Source of the DNA: the human T2T-CHM13v2.0 reference genome, Homo sapiens
Direction: 5' to 3' (one strand)
Length of the DNA: 64,000 nt
NCBI RefSeq assembly: GCF_009914755.1
Contig: NC_060930.1
This document shows positions 1 through 14,822 of this stretch, in pieces. Each line of letters begins with the position of its first letter. The first letter of the stretch is position 1. A program made the translations under genes and the position numbers. The notes under the pieces were generated by a model, which did not search any database, was not told where the DNA came from, and saw only the letters and a list, made by a program, of their open reading frames with translations.

Positions 1-1321
<1,321 letters not shown>

Positions 1322-3499
1322 ACAACTGTATAATTTCCACTCTTGGGCTTCAGCCCTTTGGCTTTTTCTATATAGCTGAAGATGGCTGATATAGCCTGGG
1401 AATCATGGGGATATCTAGGAGGAATAAAAACTTTAACTTCACAAATGTGAACAGTTCCAACTGTGTTGGCCAAACCAGTTTCTGTGGGCATGAATTTTTA
1501 AAATTATTTCTAAAACTGATTTAAGAAATATTTGTAGAACACTGTGACATATTTAGATAAAAGTATCTGGGTAGAACATTGAGTGTCATTTTACTGAGTG
1601 TCCAAGTCTTTGAAATAATGTAAATATTCTTGTGTATTGTAAAATACTTGGATTAATTGATATTTTGAAACATACCTCTTCTGAATCATGAAAATATTTA
1701 CTTGGTACTCTAGTTTGAGGTAAAATATTTCATGTTTTCTTTCTCCATTGTCCTGCTATAAACTTCTTAAGAATATGTATAATTAAAATTGTAGGTACTT
1801 GCTGTTGATTAAAATACCTATATTCAATAGGTTGAAAACATGTATGTTTTTAAAATAAACTGATAGTAAAATATCTCCACAATTTGCCCAAACTTGGGGG
1901 TGGAAATGGGACTAAAAAAGATAATTAACATACATGAATATACATATATACTTTACATATTTCATATAAAATGTATAATATGATATATTTAGAATTTTTC
2001 AAGCAATGAAACACGAAACCTCTGAGTTGTCAAAAGATGTTTCATAAAATGAGTCCATAATCAAATAAATTTGTTAATGATGAATTATTGTTTCATTTCC
2101 CCTTTCTTATTAAAACATAACATGTATTAATACTTTTAAGTCTTCTAGAAGCTCTGCCATAAAGAAAGCCATTTAACTTGCTTAACCTTATGCTTCCAAA
2201 ACTTATTCATGTTTGGAACCCCTTCCTTCCCCAGAACGTTTGTTAATCTCTTATGGGAGGGACCCTTATATTCTAAGGAACATTTTCTGAGAAAAGTTGA
2301 CAGAGAATATAGGTAAATATAATTTACTATGCAAACAGAGTTGCACACACATGCATGTAATAAACACACACATTACCCCTGATTAAGTGGAGTAGGCTGT
2401 CTTGACATAGGTATATACTTGGAAGTTTTACATCTGAATACAGTGCCTGGAACACAGTAGGTATTCAATAAATATCTACTAAAGTGAACTAATTTTAGTA
2501 TGTAGACACTTCACTTTCTCCCGCTACCTCCCGCCAATGGCCAGTTTCCTATAGCACTTCCTGAAGTTACTTTTGCCTGTGTTCAGACAAAGTAAGTCAT
2601 TATGATCTCTTGTAATTAAAACTCTGTGCTGGGCATAGTTTAACTTGCTGTGTTACAGCATGGAGTTTCTTTTGGTGGTTGTAAAACACTCCTTAGCCCT
2701 GAAACCGTAGCACACTGAAATAGGTCATGTAGTCATTACCCATCAAAGGTTTGTTTTCTCAATGTTACATTACCTCTGTCCATGTTGAAGAAGGCATTAG
2801 TCTTCAGGGCCCGCTGCTCTTCCTGGGTCTCACAATTTTTTTTCAGCATTCTGTGCACTGATGACATTTTTTTTTTCTGTTAGAGTTTTATCACTCCAGG
2901 GTTTATAGTTGTGCTTCTCATTTTTCATGGGAACTCAGGTGCTTAAGTCCACTCTCTAGCTTTTGAAATTTAAAAGATATCTACTATCTTTTTCTATGTT
3001 ACCTTATCTCCCATGGCTTTTCCATAAGCTCTTTGAACAAACATTTATTTAGTGCCTAGTGATTTTTGAAACTGTAGAGGTGAAATAGACTATCCCAAAT
3101 GGGTTTCATGTTCTCAGAGTATTCACAAAACCAATACTCACAGTTCTGTGTGATAGTTGGTATGCTCCAAGGATGCTCAGGAAGCACTGTTATCTCAGAG
3201 GAGTCATTTTCTCAGTATAGTCACAAAATACCCTCAGATTCCTTGGCCTTTCTTTCTCCACCACATACTTGAAAAAAATCATTTATTTTTGTCTCACCAA
3301 ATCACAATTGGAGAAAAATCACACAACTGGCTTGGTGAATTTCATTTTAAATTTTGTGATTACAAACTGCAAATAAATTCTCAACAACTTTCACAAATTC
3401 TTCCATGTCTTTCTTTGGACTTAATTTGGAATCTAAGACAATGTTTACTGGTTTTTTTTTCTCCCCTTAAACCTCTTTCTTCCCTCACCTATTAAGTAC

Positions 3500-3519
3500 T
3501 CTCAGTTGATTTTGCCTCA

Positions 3520-3551
<32 letters not shown>

Positions 3552-4250
3552 ATAGAAGTTCCTATAATAACTCCCTCAGCTGCCCACCACCAAATGTCTA
3601 GGCTTCCTATGTCTGTACTGTCTTCACCCTCCTTCTTCCTGTCAACTTGGAGGAGGTGTCTCTCCTTCCATCAAAGGTCAATGCCTCCACTTTTGCCTTA
3701 TATAGAAAATTATCTCTACTATTGCTTTTTTCTTCTACTTAATTAATCTCTCTGTCTGTGCTGGAACATTCCTATCAGCTTAAACATCTGATATATCCCA
3801 TGCTGAAAAAAACAAAAGACGGAGGAGGAAGAGGAGGAGGAGGAGAAAGGAAAGGAAACCTGTCCTTTAAGTGCTCCTTCTAACTACCAAACCATTTCTC
3901 TGCCCTGTGTCATATCCATTTTTATTGAAAGAGATGTATACACTCCACCTCTACTTCCTCACCTCTTCTTCATTCTTCAATATCCTCCAATCTCTCTCCA
4001 TTTTCATATCTTCATTGGTGTGAATTATTATGTCATTAAAGTTAATAAACTATTTTTCTGTCTTCATCTTATTAGACCTCTTAGCAATATGCAATGTGAC
4101 ATCTAGGTTCTTCTCAAAACCCTCTTTACCTTGGCTTCTGTACCTGTTCTATCTTCTACCACACTGGCCTACCACAATAATTTCATTCTTCTTTGATGGT
4201 CTCTTTAACTATTGTTATTTTTCAGAATTTGGCTCTTCTTACGTGTTCTC
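3500..4250 (+). mobile_element. Degraded L2 LINE fragment
   Basis: Pyrimidine-rich sequence with L2-like motifs (TTCTGTCTTCATCTTATTAGACCTCTTAGCAATAT). Boundaries approximate. Confidence 0.55.
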
Positions 4251-4981
4251 ATCCATTTCTATGGCTTTACATTTTTCTTTTGTGTCAGGACCCCCTTAAG
4301 CATCAGATTCATGTCCACTCACCTACTTAAATATATTATATTACCATCTCAGTTTAGAAAGCATCACAAGGCGACCTCATTTGGCATTTCATTGCACTCA
4401 TTACATGTGTGGAAACATCCCTTCCAGACCATCATCTTCTGCTAAGTGTCCAGGGCTTGCTTAAGGCTTATGAGTTCCTGGGATATTGCAAAATGATTTG
4501 TCTATATGTTCATATGGGGTAAGTCAGAGAAGGGTCAAACAAAATTGAAGGACCAACAGGTGTCACTCCTGCAGATCAGTGGCTTGGAGAAGTGCCAGAT
4601 ACTACTGAAGAGATGCTTTTATTAGTCATTGATGAAAAGGACAGCTTGCATAATATCAGGGCACAAGGGATGGACAGTGATTGCATAAAGGTAGACCAGT
4701 GCACTTTTCAGATGATGACTTCTACATGGCTTTTAGGTACCTGAGCAATGCTCCTCACTGTGGTTCTTTGCTGAACTAGTCCCCATTCCTGTCCATGTGG
4801 CCCATTCAGATTTAGCCCTCTGACCTACACCACCAACCCTCTTCACTTCTTTGTTCCATTTTATCCCAGGGTATCTCTTCTTTTCTGGCCACAGAATGGC
4901 ATGACTGTTTGAATACAGGGTATGAAGAGGAGAAAAGTAAAAACCAGATAATATGTCAAATTATTATTCTAGCAAGATATC

Positions 4982-5355
4982 TGCATTAGACAGCTCATGC
5001 TGCCATGATGAAATACCATAGATTGGGTGGTTTAAAAAACAGAAATTTATGTTCTCGTAGTTGTAGAGGCTAGAAAGTTCAGCATTAAGGTCCAGGAGGG
5101 TTCAGTCTCTGGTAAGGGCTCTTTCTGCCTTGCAGATAGTTGCCTTTTCCCTTTGCCCTCACATGGTGGAGAAAGAGAAATCTCTGCTTTCTCTTCCTTT
5201 TTTATAAGGAATCAGTTATATAGGATCAAGGCTCCACTTTTACAACCTCATTTAACCTGAATCACCCCTTACAGCCTTATCTCCAATATTGTCATGTGGA
5301 GGCTTGGGGTTTTAACATGTAAATTTGGAGGGAGGATACAATTCAGTCCATAGCA
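4982..5355 (-). mobile_element. MaLR solo LTR (MLT1A/B-like)
   Basis: TG...CA ends, MLT1 motifs (AACAGAAATTTATG..TCGTAGTTGTAGAGGCTAG; ATTCAGTCCATAGCA), 5-bp TSD ATATC at 4977-4981 and 5356-5360. Confidence 0.85.
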
Positions 5356-5861
5356 ATATCTAATAGGAATCTCAAGCTATAACGTGTCTAAAACAGACTA
5401 CCTGATTCTCCCGGGTTCCCACATCCTCATCCACAAAATCTCCCTTTCATAGCCTTTTTATCAAATTGAGTAATCAGCACAATTATCTAGCCACTTGCTT
5501 AAGCATAAAACATGGATTGATTTGTCCATGAGTCTTTTTATTTTCTTATTGTGCATTATCAAAGCGAAGAGCAAGACCTGTTGCCTCGATCGTCATAGAA
5601 TTTCTTGAATTTGGTCACTTATCCATCTCTACACTCAATACCTTAGTGTATGCCACCATCATCTGGAATGCTAACCTCTATAATGGTGTCCCTGCTACCA
5701 ATCTTGTTATGTCATAATCCATTCCTCACAGCCAGAGTGATTTTATCAAAATGTTCATCAGATTAATACATGCATATGAACAAAATGCACTTAAAATACA
5801 ATCCTATTGCCTTACCTTGGCCTACAAGACCCTGGTAAAAATCTTTGAACATTACAGAAAT

Positions 5862-6171
5862 TGGTTGATTGATTGACTGATTGATTGTGAAACAGAGTCT
5901 CCCTGTGTTGCCCAGGCTGGAGTGCAGTGGCCTGATCTCGGCTCACTACAACCTCTGCCCTGCTGGGTTCAAGGGATTCTTCTGCCTCAGCCTCCTGAAT
6001 ACCTGGGATTACAGGCACACGCCACCAGGCCAGGCTAATTTTTGTATTTTTAGTAGAGATGAGGTTTAGCCATGTTGGCCAGGCTGGTCTCAAACTCTTG
6101 ACCTCAAGTGATCCGCCCACCTCAGCCTCCCAAAGTGCTGGGACTACAGGCATGAGCCACTGTGCCCGGCC
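5862..6171 (-). mobile_element. Alu (AluS/J-type) with (GATT)n-converted tail
   Basis: Reverse-complement Alu dimer ending GAGCCACTGTGCCCGGCC. The tail reads GGTTGATTGATTGACTGATTGATTG. Confidence 0.93.
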
Positions 6172-6323
6172 TGTTATAGATTTTAAATGAGGGAGAATAT
6201 TTAGATCTGCTTTGTGAGAAATGGCAATTGGAAGTGGTACAGAAATTAGGAGAAAAATTAAGCTGGTGACAGGAAGAGATATATAGAGTCTACTGATATA
6301 ATCCAGAAGAGAATTTATAAGAC

Positions 6324-6373
6324 TCAAAACCAAGGCAGTGGATATGGATCAAAACCAAGGCAGTGGATATGGA
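6324..6373. repeat. Perfect 25-bp tandem duplication
   Basis: TCAAAACCAAGGCAGTGGATATGGA x2, within a probable L2 remnant. Confidence 0.95.
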
Positions 6374-8448
6374 GAGGAAGAAATATATTGAGGGGTGTTT
6401 ATGAGATATATAGGAAAAAAGAAGCCAAGACTCAACTGATGTGATGGTGGGAGGTAGTAGTCTCTTCCCAGGCTTCTCACTCTAGTATGTGAGGGATGAA
6501 GTGTCATTCACTTAGACAGAGATTTGAGAGGAGGGGAAAGTTATAGAGGAGTAGATTAGTTCTTTTGGTACAAGCTAAGTTTGAGAATCCTTGGAAAATC
6601 AAAATGCATCCTGTTTATTTGGTTGTTGGACATAGATTTATGGGACCTGAGATATAAAGATTTGAGAATCCGAAAGCATTCAAAGACCAGAAGCTAGAAA
6701 CTCTGATTACATAGTTTCAGTGTATACTGGAGGATCGGGAGTCAATTTGAAAGATGAAGTGGATGGAAATGTGAGTGGAAAAGCAGTCTGTTGGAAGCTA
6801 TGGAGTGAGTAAAAGATGATGGCAAATATTGCAAAACAAATCAAATATATAGGAACTAAAAAGTGTTCTTTGAATTTGCAGCCAGAAGTCGGTAATGCAT
6901 TTTGAGAGCAGTTTGGATGACGTTGTAGGGATAGCAGCTGGATTGCAATGGCTTAAGGAGTGGAAGAGGGTTAGTTTTATTTTCAAGTTGCTTAGGTGAA
7001 AAGGAAGAGAGCTAGGGTGTTAGCTAGTGGTGGCATACAATCAACGGAAGATTGTTTTGTTTTTACATTTGGAGGAGAAGGAGCCAATAATGGATATGCC
7101 TAAAAACAAAGCAACCAAATCAACTAACAAGCAATAAAATAGGAGAAGAGGATAATAGCAGATAGGTTGATTCCCACAGTGCAATATAAGGAGAAACCTT
7201 AATCAAGCAACACCTCTCTTCAAACCTGTCCTAATCTCTCTACCAGTCAACATAGTAAAATGGAGGCATATATAATTATTATTTGTTGAATAGAGCTTTA
7301 TATTTTCTATAAAGTTAAAAAGCAAATGGTGTATATGTGTTTTATTTCCAAAAGACTTAAGTTAATCTTGCCTTTGACTTTTGTATAGCTTATGACTGAT
7401 GAGTTATAAAAACTAATTTCTTTCCTTGTTGATGGGTGGTCCTGGGTAGATAAAACTTGAGTAACTCCTGCAGTGGCATTATTCCCCGACCTCCTTCCTG
7501 TACAAACAGAAGTCTATATGACTGTCGTAAGTTAAACTATAAAGGTTTCAAAATACATTGCCACCTCTGTCTGTGCACTCCTTATGTCCTAAACACTCCA
7601 GCTACAGCATGTTTTTCTTTGTTTTGATTTTTTATTAGATCTTTGACACCAGTTTTTTTCTCTACGATTCAGGTTCTTTTTATTTGACAATGTAGGCTCA
7701 TTATAGGAGCCACTGAAAACCTCACCTAATTAAAATTCACAGGTCATAAAATTTAATTCAGTGGTAAGGCTAATTTTCCTCTAAGCTATTGAATATCAGT
7801 GATTACTTCTTCAGTGGGAGTGAGGACAAAGACCATTTTCATCTCTTTTATTGTTAATATAAATTAGCCCCAACCGAAATACTCACTTGAAAGATGTGGA
7901 AAATATCGTAAGTATGGATTAAAACTGCTCTACAGTAGATGGTGAAGATTCTGTCCTCTACAAGTATGAGATAACTTTAAAAGAAAGTGTTAAATGTAAT
8001 CTTTCAAGAACTAAGTGGATGGGCCGTAATCATCTTAGAAAATAGTTCACTGCTTAGAGATTTCACTGGTTGGCATTGTTCCGGTGGTCTGAAGAGTTAA
8101 ACGCACTTTTGCTTTGGGGAAAGAGTCTGAGTTAGAGGAAGGAATACTTGAGAAGAGACACTTGAGAATTGTGAATCTTTACTCTCTCTGCTTCGTGAAT
8201 GTCATCTAATCATGCTAGGTATATTTGGCCACGGATATGGGACTATGCATCTATCCCTTTATTTGCTTCTAAAACAAAACTTAAAAACAGGTAATCTTTT
8301 AAGAGATGGAGGTAATTTTTTGTTAGAGGTGAGATCAGTTTACAAGGTACCAGCCCCCATTCCACTGACCTCCATAGACATGGCCCATTGTAATGTTGTG
8401 GGAACCCATTAAGTCCTTTTTCTCCTTTTTCTTTGTGCATTAGTTGAA

Positions 8449-8705
8449 ATTACACTGTATTAATATAGTGTAATATAATATATATACTATAGTATATATA
8501 CAGTATATAGTGTAATGTAATATATATACTATAGTATATATACAGTATATAGTGTAATATTATATATATACTATAGTATATATAGTATATAGTATTATAT
8601 ATATACTATAGTATATATAGTATATAGTATTTTATATATACTATATATTATATATAGTGTAATATAATATAAATTATATAACAATATATAATATATAATA
8701 TAATA
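8449..8705. repeat. TA-rich low-complexity minisatellite
   Basis: Repeated TATATATACTATAGTATATATA units separated by CAGTATATAGTGTAAT-type spacers. Confidence 0.93.
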
Positions 8706-8896
8706 AATACAGTTTATTTTGGTTTTAGAAATTCATCATAAGGGAAAAATGTTTGGCTTATGATTAAAATATCACCATCATAAAATTTAAAGAGTGTTTA
8801 TGTTCTGTTTTCCTTTGTTATTTTAAGTAAAATGAGTCGGGTTTTAATAGGCATCCTAAAAACTTGATGGTGCTTAGCAAGACCATAAGAATCAAA

Positions 8897-9117
8897 GCTC
8901 AGACAACATAGTGAGACCTCAAGTCTATGAAAACTTAAAAACAAAAAGCCAGGCATGGTGATACATACCTGGAGTCCTAGCTACTCAGAAGGCTGAGGCA
9001 GTGTGGATCTCTTAAGCCCAGGAGTTGGAGGCTCCAGTGAACTATGATTGCACCACTGGATTCCAGTCTGGTTGACAGAGTGAGACCATGTCTCTTAAAA
9101 AACAAACAAAAAAAGAA
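8897..9117 (+). mobile_element. 5'-truncated AluJ
   Basis: CAACATAGTGAGACC, right-monomer sequence (AGCCCAGGAGTTGGAGGCTCCAGTGAACTATGATTG) and A-rich tail. Confidence 0.85.
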
Positions 9118-9261
9118 CTGAGTGTATATTTTGGAGATCATTAGATTGGCTTCCTTCAGAAAAATACATCTTGTTTAAGTTTATGTGATAATGAACCAGC
9201 AGGTCAGCCTCAAACCCCAGAGCATTTTTGGCTAGGCAGGTTGTCTGATGGGTTATGCAAG

Positions 9262-9546
9262 TTATTTATTTTGAGAGGGTCTTGCTCCGTCACCCAGGCT
9301 AGTGTGACAATGGTTCACTGCAGCCTTGGCCTCTTGGGCTCAAGTGATTCTCCTGCCTCAGCCTCATGGGTAGCTGCGACCACAGACACATGTCACCACA
9401 CCTGGATAATTTTCTGAAAACAACTTTGTAGAGATGGGGTCTCACTATGTTGCCTAGGTTGATATTGAACTCCTGGGCTCAAGGAATCCTCCCACCTCAG
9501 CCTCCCAAAGTGCTGGGATTAGAGGCATGAGCCACCATGCCTGGCT
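9262..9546 (-). mobile_element. AluJ
   Basis: Reverse-complement dimer with AluJ-type CTCCTGGGCTCAAG motifs, ending GCCACCATGCCTGGCT. Confidence 0.88.
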
Positions 9547-10224
9547 ATACAAATTTTGGATAATCTATGGTAGCTTGCCAGGGATATCCTCAGGTAATAC
9601 CTTAGGCCCAGATAAGAAGGGTCCTTTCCCTGAGCTCCACACATTAGCATTTCCTACCTATCCTCCACAAGCAAAAATAAATTACTTAAAGAATAGATGA
9701 GGCCCTTTCTTCCTGGTTGTGTGACTGGTGGCCAGCTGTGGCATCAGCACTCCAGTTCCCCATTTGCAGCATCTTGGGGTGGCTGTATTAGAAAGACAAA
9801 GTTTTGACTTTAAAATGGTAAATTAGAAGACTTGGTTTCTCAACCCACAGCTGCTTTCATTTATGTATAAAGATACTATTAAAAAAGAAGAAATGACTTA
9901 TCATAGAGTTTTATTCATGGATGGGAGGAATCTACTAAAAGAAAATTGGTGTGAAACTTTAATTAAAAAGCATGAATATAATGAAAGCTGTTCTTCTCTG
10001 GGCTTAATAGATTAAATGTTTTTCTTTTGTGTGTGTGTGTGTGTTTTTTTTTTAATCAATAGAACATTTTAAATAATAATATGGTGCCAGTTATGTTATG
10101 ACATTTTGAGACTAATCATTTTGTGTTTAAAAAAAGAAATTTAAATTTTAAGTGTAGACAATGATGAACTCTTTTAAAAGAAAAGATAGGTTTATTATAG
10201 AATTTCAGACTAGACACTAAAGGT

Positions 10225-11625
10225 TTTACAGGATCCTCTTGAAGGGTAAGTTATGTTGCATTGACTAGAGAAGCATATACAAATGTCTTATACAGTTGAC
10301 ATTGCTGAATGCTTGCTAGATGAAAAAAGTTAGTAAAAGAAATAATGGCACTGCCATTTTCCAATGCTGTAGCAACTCATCCAATTAAGAATTTAGCTGC
10401 AAATATGAATATTAATTCAATCTTCTCTGTAGAATTGTACCTGTTCCATACAAATGGAAGTACCTATAGACATAGCTGGGCTTGCTGTTTTGCTTATATT
10501 CCAGTACCAGCTGTACAGTATCAGTACAAACCAATGATTGAAGATCTTCTTTTATGTGAATGCTTGACAACAAACACAAATGGTGCTAAAATATTCAAAG
10601 GATTGAATGTCTTCTTTTGAATCATATGGCTTCTGAAACAGCTGTGCTGACATTTGTACTGAATGTTCAAAAGCAATTGGTGACTAAACTGTTGGCTCAA
10701 ATCAGAGCCATGGCCTCAAACTATATTTGTAGTCATTAATTTCTTCACCACTGCACTGGCAGAAAAAAAGTTCCAGTTTTATTTCAAAATGTTCTTGATA
10801 AAGAAGAGTTATTTTTATTAAACCATAACTCTTGAGTGCATGTCTTCTTAATATTCTGTGTGATAAATGGGAAATGCTATGCATAAAGCACTTCTGTAAA
10901 CTAAGCATGATGTTTGTCAAGAGGAATATTACTCTTGCAATTGCTTCAGTTGTAAGCTGAAATGGTCACTTCTTTCATGACACACCATTTCACTTGAAAG
11001 AATGACTAACAAACAAATTATGTCTATTTAGTCTTAGGTATTTGGTGGATATTTCCATCAAAATACATCAAATGATTGTTAAAACCAAATATAATTTTAT
11101 AAGAATATAAATACATTTATAAGACCTGCACAGCTCAGTAAACTAATATGTTCCAAATAATCAATACAGGATATTACAAAATGACACATGGGTAAATGAA
11201 CTAATTAAAGTGCAAGAGAGACCAATGGATTTTAATGTCACAGAGCACAAAAATTCATCCATATTGCAACAGACTTTTGAGAAATTTCTACTTGTTGAGC
11301 TTTGGTGTACTATCAAAGAAGAATTTCCAGAATTATCTGAAAAGATGATTAACATACCTTTTCTTTTTCTCATTACATTTCTGCGTGTGGCTGGATTATT
11401 TTTATATACTTCATGAACAACATATGGCAACAAATTGAATACAGAAGTACATATGACAATTCATCTATCTTTCATTAAATCAGACCTCAATGAGATTTGT
11501 AAAAATATAAAATTTCATCTTCTCACTGTTATCATTTAGAAGAAAATATAATGAATTAGTATAAAAAAGTTATTTGTATTGACATGTGTTTATTTTTATT
11601 TTTAAATGAATTAAAAGTAAATATT
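10225..11625 (+). mobile_element. hAT DNA-transposon fossil (Charlie1-like) with transposase remnants
   Basis: Broken frames give VDIAECLLDEK...MALPFSNAVATHPIKNLAAN and ELWCTIKEEFPELSEK...FLRVAGL, matching the Charlie/Buster-type transposase and its hAT dimerisation region. Many stops and frameshifts. Confidence 0.8.
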
Positions 11626-11999
11626 TCTAAAAGAAAGAAGTGGCCATTTTTCTTACCTGGGGTCCAGCATTCAGCACTTACACAGCAAACCCAGTAAGCT
11701 TAGCCATCTACCTTTGTGGTTGAAACTGTTAGACCTTAGGGAAATGCTTCTCCACATCTCTGGACTTACCTTTTGAACCAGAAAAAGTAAAAGTTGCCTT
11801 TTTTTGAAAAGGCATTTCTGAATACCTTGAAAATGTGTGGGTTATGCAACTGCTAACATTTTGAGCAGACACTGCTTTGAAGCAGAGGGAGCATTTCAGC
11901 AGCAAAAGTGCTTAGGGGTAAGAGAAAAGACCAATTAACTTTTAAAATCCTTCCTGTTTGATAGCACCAATGCAATATAGTCTTATATAATGAAGTATG

Positions 12000-12836
12000 A
12001 TATCCTAGTAACACCCAGTGTCCATTTCTTCCTTCTCTTCGTGTTTCATTTTATGGTAGTCACATATTTGTGTAGTTATTAGCAATCATTGTACATGGTG
12101 GATGAATAACATTTAACAAGTGAAAACAGCAATATTAAAAAATGTATATGATTTTCAAATTTATACATAATTCTAGACATGACATGAGTGAATGATGATA
12201 CTGAGTGTACGTTAGTGTATGGATCCAGATATTGAGATGATAAAGATTATAATATATAAGCAGTAATAATTGATTTGATAAAGTTGTAACATTTCTGTAA
12301 TAACAAATAGTTCTCTGATCCCATTTTAATGCTTGAACACAATATGTAAAATTTTTTGTTCCTATCTGTCTTGGAATTGTATTGATTCGTATTGGTATTA
12401 CTTCAGAAAAAGATAGTTTCTACAAACTCATTTATAAACTACTACTTAAGAACTACCTTGACTCAAGAAAAGTTGGTTAAGTTGCCATCATTGTCAGTAG
12501 TACATAAATCATTGATCATGAGAACATAAGTAGTAATTTTATTAAATCAAAGGCAAGACAAATTTTATAGCATAAACATAAAAGCATAAGTTGTCTTTAT
12601 TACTTATCCAAACATTGATGGCTTGTTAACAGTATGCTCATTTTAATTTATATAGAAACCAGAGTTATACACATATTTTTCAATTTTGTTTTTAGAAAAA
12701 CAGATCTGTCAAGATTGGAGGATAGAACATATTTACTTCTGTTTAGCTTTATTTGAACTTCTAATTATAAATATATGTCTGGTAAGCCTCCACTGTACTC
12801 TTGAGCAGGCCCCTCAAACATTAGAGGAGGGCCTGA
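12000..12836 (+). mobile_element. hAT-Tip100 (Zaphod-like) fossil
   Basis: 12400-12570 resembles the hAT C-terminus (SF.KL...YLRTTLTQEKL..L..LS; KAR). Ends in ...GAGGAGGGCCTG, resembling a TIR. Start position approximate. Confidence 0.5.
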
Positions 12837-14247
12837 GTTTCCAGTGACTCATCGTTAATCCTAGCCTTCATCAAAGAAGAGCGTTCATTTAGAGAATGAA
12901 GGTATAGTGATAAACTTTATTTTTGAGAGTACCGGTAGCGTGCTATGTGCTCTTTCTATCCTACTATGGGGGAGGAGTGATGGGGGCATTCACCCCAATT
13001 CAAGCCAACAGAAGGAGGCTTCAAGAAAGTCCATTGAGAGATTGACATACCTCCATTAGGTTGTTAGAAGGAATAAGGACTCATATCCAACTCCTGCCTG
13101 GCAAATCTATTAGCTGAATTAAACAGCCTCACAGCAGAGCAAAGAGACAACCACACTGAAAGTGAGGTACATTTCCAGTAGGAAAGAGAAAATCGAGATG
13201 TTTCCCAGAAACCGTGTGGATTCCACAAAACAAAGCTGGCCTGGGGTTGTCCTAAAAGGGATTCCACCCTATAGGGCCACTTGGAGGGGGAGAAATGGCC
13301 CTAACGGAATAATGAATCGTTGTAACCAAGAGTTGTGGAAGAAACTAATAGTTGTAGCCAAAGGAGACATCACGTGTATTGGGAGAAACGCAGTCAGAAT
13401 CCCCCATCAGGTAGACCATGAAAGAATGCATAATTGTCTTTCATGAGAGGAAAATGGGAACATCTGCACCTAGCATACACCAACCGCAGATTTCAACTGC
13501 ACCAGTCAAGTGAGTAAGGTGGGAGCTCAAGCTAAGATGTTGTGAAGAAACTGTAACCTTCTCCCCTCACCTACAACAGTCTTCTAAGTCCAAGCAGTCC
13601 CAAGCCAGGGGAAAAGAGAAGCTTTCAGCTAGATTGTAGTTCTAATACCACTAGACTGGACTTGAAGAATATTCATTAATTGTTTATGAGTTATTACTAA
13701 AGCTATGGGAATTCCCACAAGATTTCACTCAGGGTCAATGAAAGAACTATTTGTCAAAGTGAGTTTAACAGTAAGTTTTGTTAAAGAACATAGTTGCTTG
13801 TTCCTTGCCCTCTACTAAGTTAAGCTAGTTCAATAAAGTGATTTGTCAGGAAACATTGATTTGGAGAATGTATTAAAGGAAATCATGATTTTTTTTTACA
13901 TTACCTTGAAAAATACTTGGAACTTAATGTGAATTTTCATATTAAGTGAAATTTTTTACAGCCTTTGCCTGTGAAACATTAAAAATGCTCTGTCGATAGT
14001 AATATAATGCAATTTAAAAATCCCATCATGGACACTTTAGTATGAAGAAAGCACAGACTATGTAAAACTTGGAGAATATGTGAGGTAAAATCCAGACAGA
14101 GCTTTTACTCTTAGTCAAATAATGTAAAGCTACTTATGAACTAATTAATAAGAGAAACTAGAAATGCAAATCAGAACGTTATACATTATTCAAAGTTTGT
14201 ACATATTTTTGTGATGGATCAATGTAGAATAAAATACATTTCATGGT

Positions 14248-14822
14248 TGTGTGTTTTTCATTACCAACTACTGGGGAACCAATGATTCCAAAACTTAGTT
14301 GTTTAAAACAGCAACCATTTTATTATCTTTCATCGGTCTGTGGGGACCTGGGCTTAACCGGGCTGTTCTCCTGCTCTATGTGATGTTTCCTGATCTGCAG
14401 TTATCTTGAAGTTCAATCAAACTGGAACATACAAGATGCTTGCTCACATGGCTGGCTGTGGATATTGACTATTGACTGGAAACTCAGTGGGGACTGTGAG
14501 TCTGAGTGCCTTCATTCTCCTCCATGTGGCTTTTCTTTGTGTCTTTGACTTCTCACAGCATATTGGTTGGTTCCATGGGGCAGTATCTCAAGAACAAGAA
14601 TTCCCATAGGAAGAAAGCCAAAGCCACCTATCTTCTTAAAGCCTCAGCTCAGAAATTCCAGAATATCAGTTCTGCCACATTCCACTGTTCAAAATAGTAC
14701 ATTGCCAGCCCAGATTCAAATGAAGGAAAATCAGCTCCATCTCTCCATAGGGGAGTGGCAGATATGTACAAACAGGGAAGAAAATAATTGATGGTAGCCA
14801 CCTTTGGAGACGAGCAACTACA
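14248..14822 (-). mobile_element. Old MaLR LTR (MLT1H/J-like)
   Basis: CCAAAACTTAGTTGTTTAAAACAGCAACCATTT, CAAGATG.TTGCTCACATGGCTGGC, GCCCAGATTCAA motifs. Confidence 0.75.

Noticed and set aside
3520-3546. Isolated T27 run as a possible tail-only retroinsertion
   Set aside because: No target-site duplication visible. It sits in a T-rich part of an L2 remnant, so slippage is simpler.
5812-6333. 173-aa ORF and similar ORFs at 20939, 25653-26225, 34506-34828, 51398 and 52588
   Set aside because: Standard Alu-derived translations ([23 protein letters not shown]), not genes.
12960-13856. Possible ancient LTR (also 29550-30238 plus 31046-31340)
   Set aside because: Purine-rich with an AATAAA near the end, but I cannot assign family or termini from the sequence alone.
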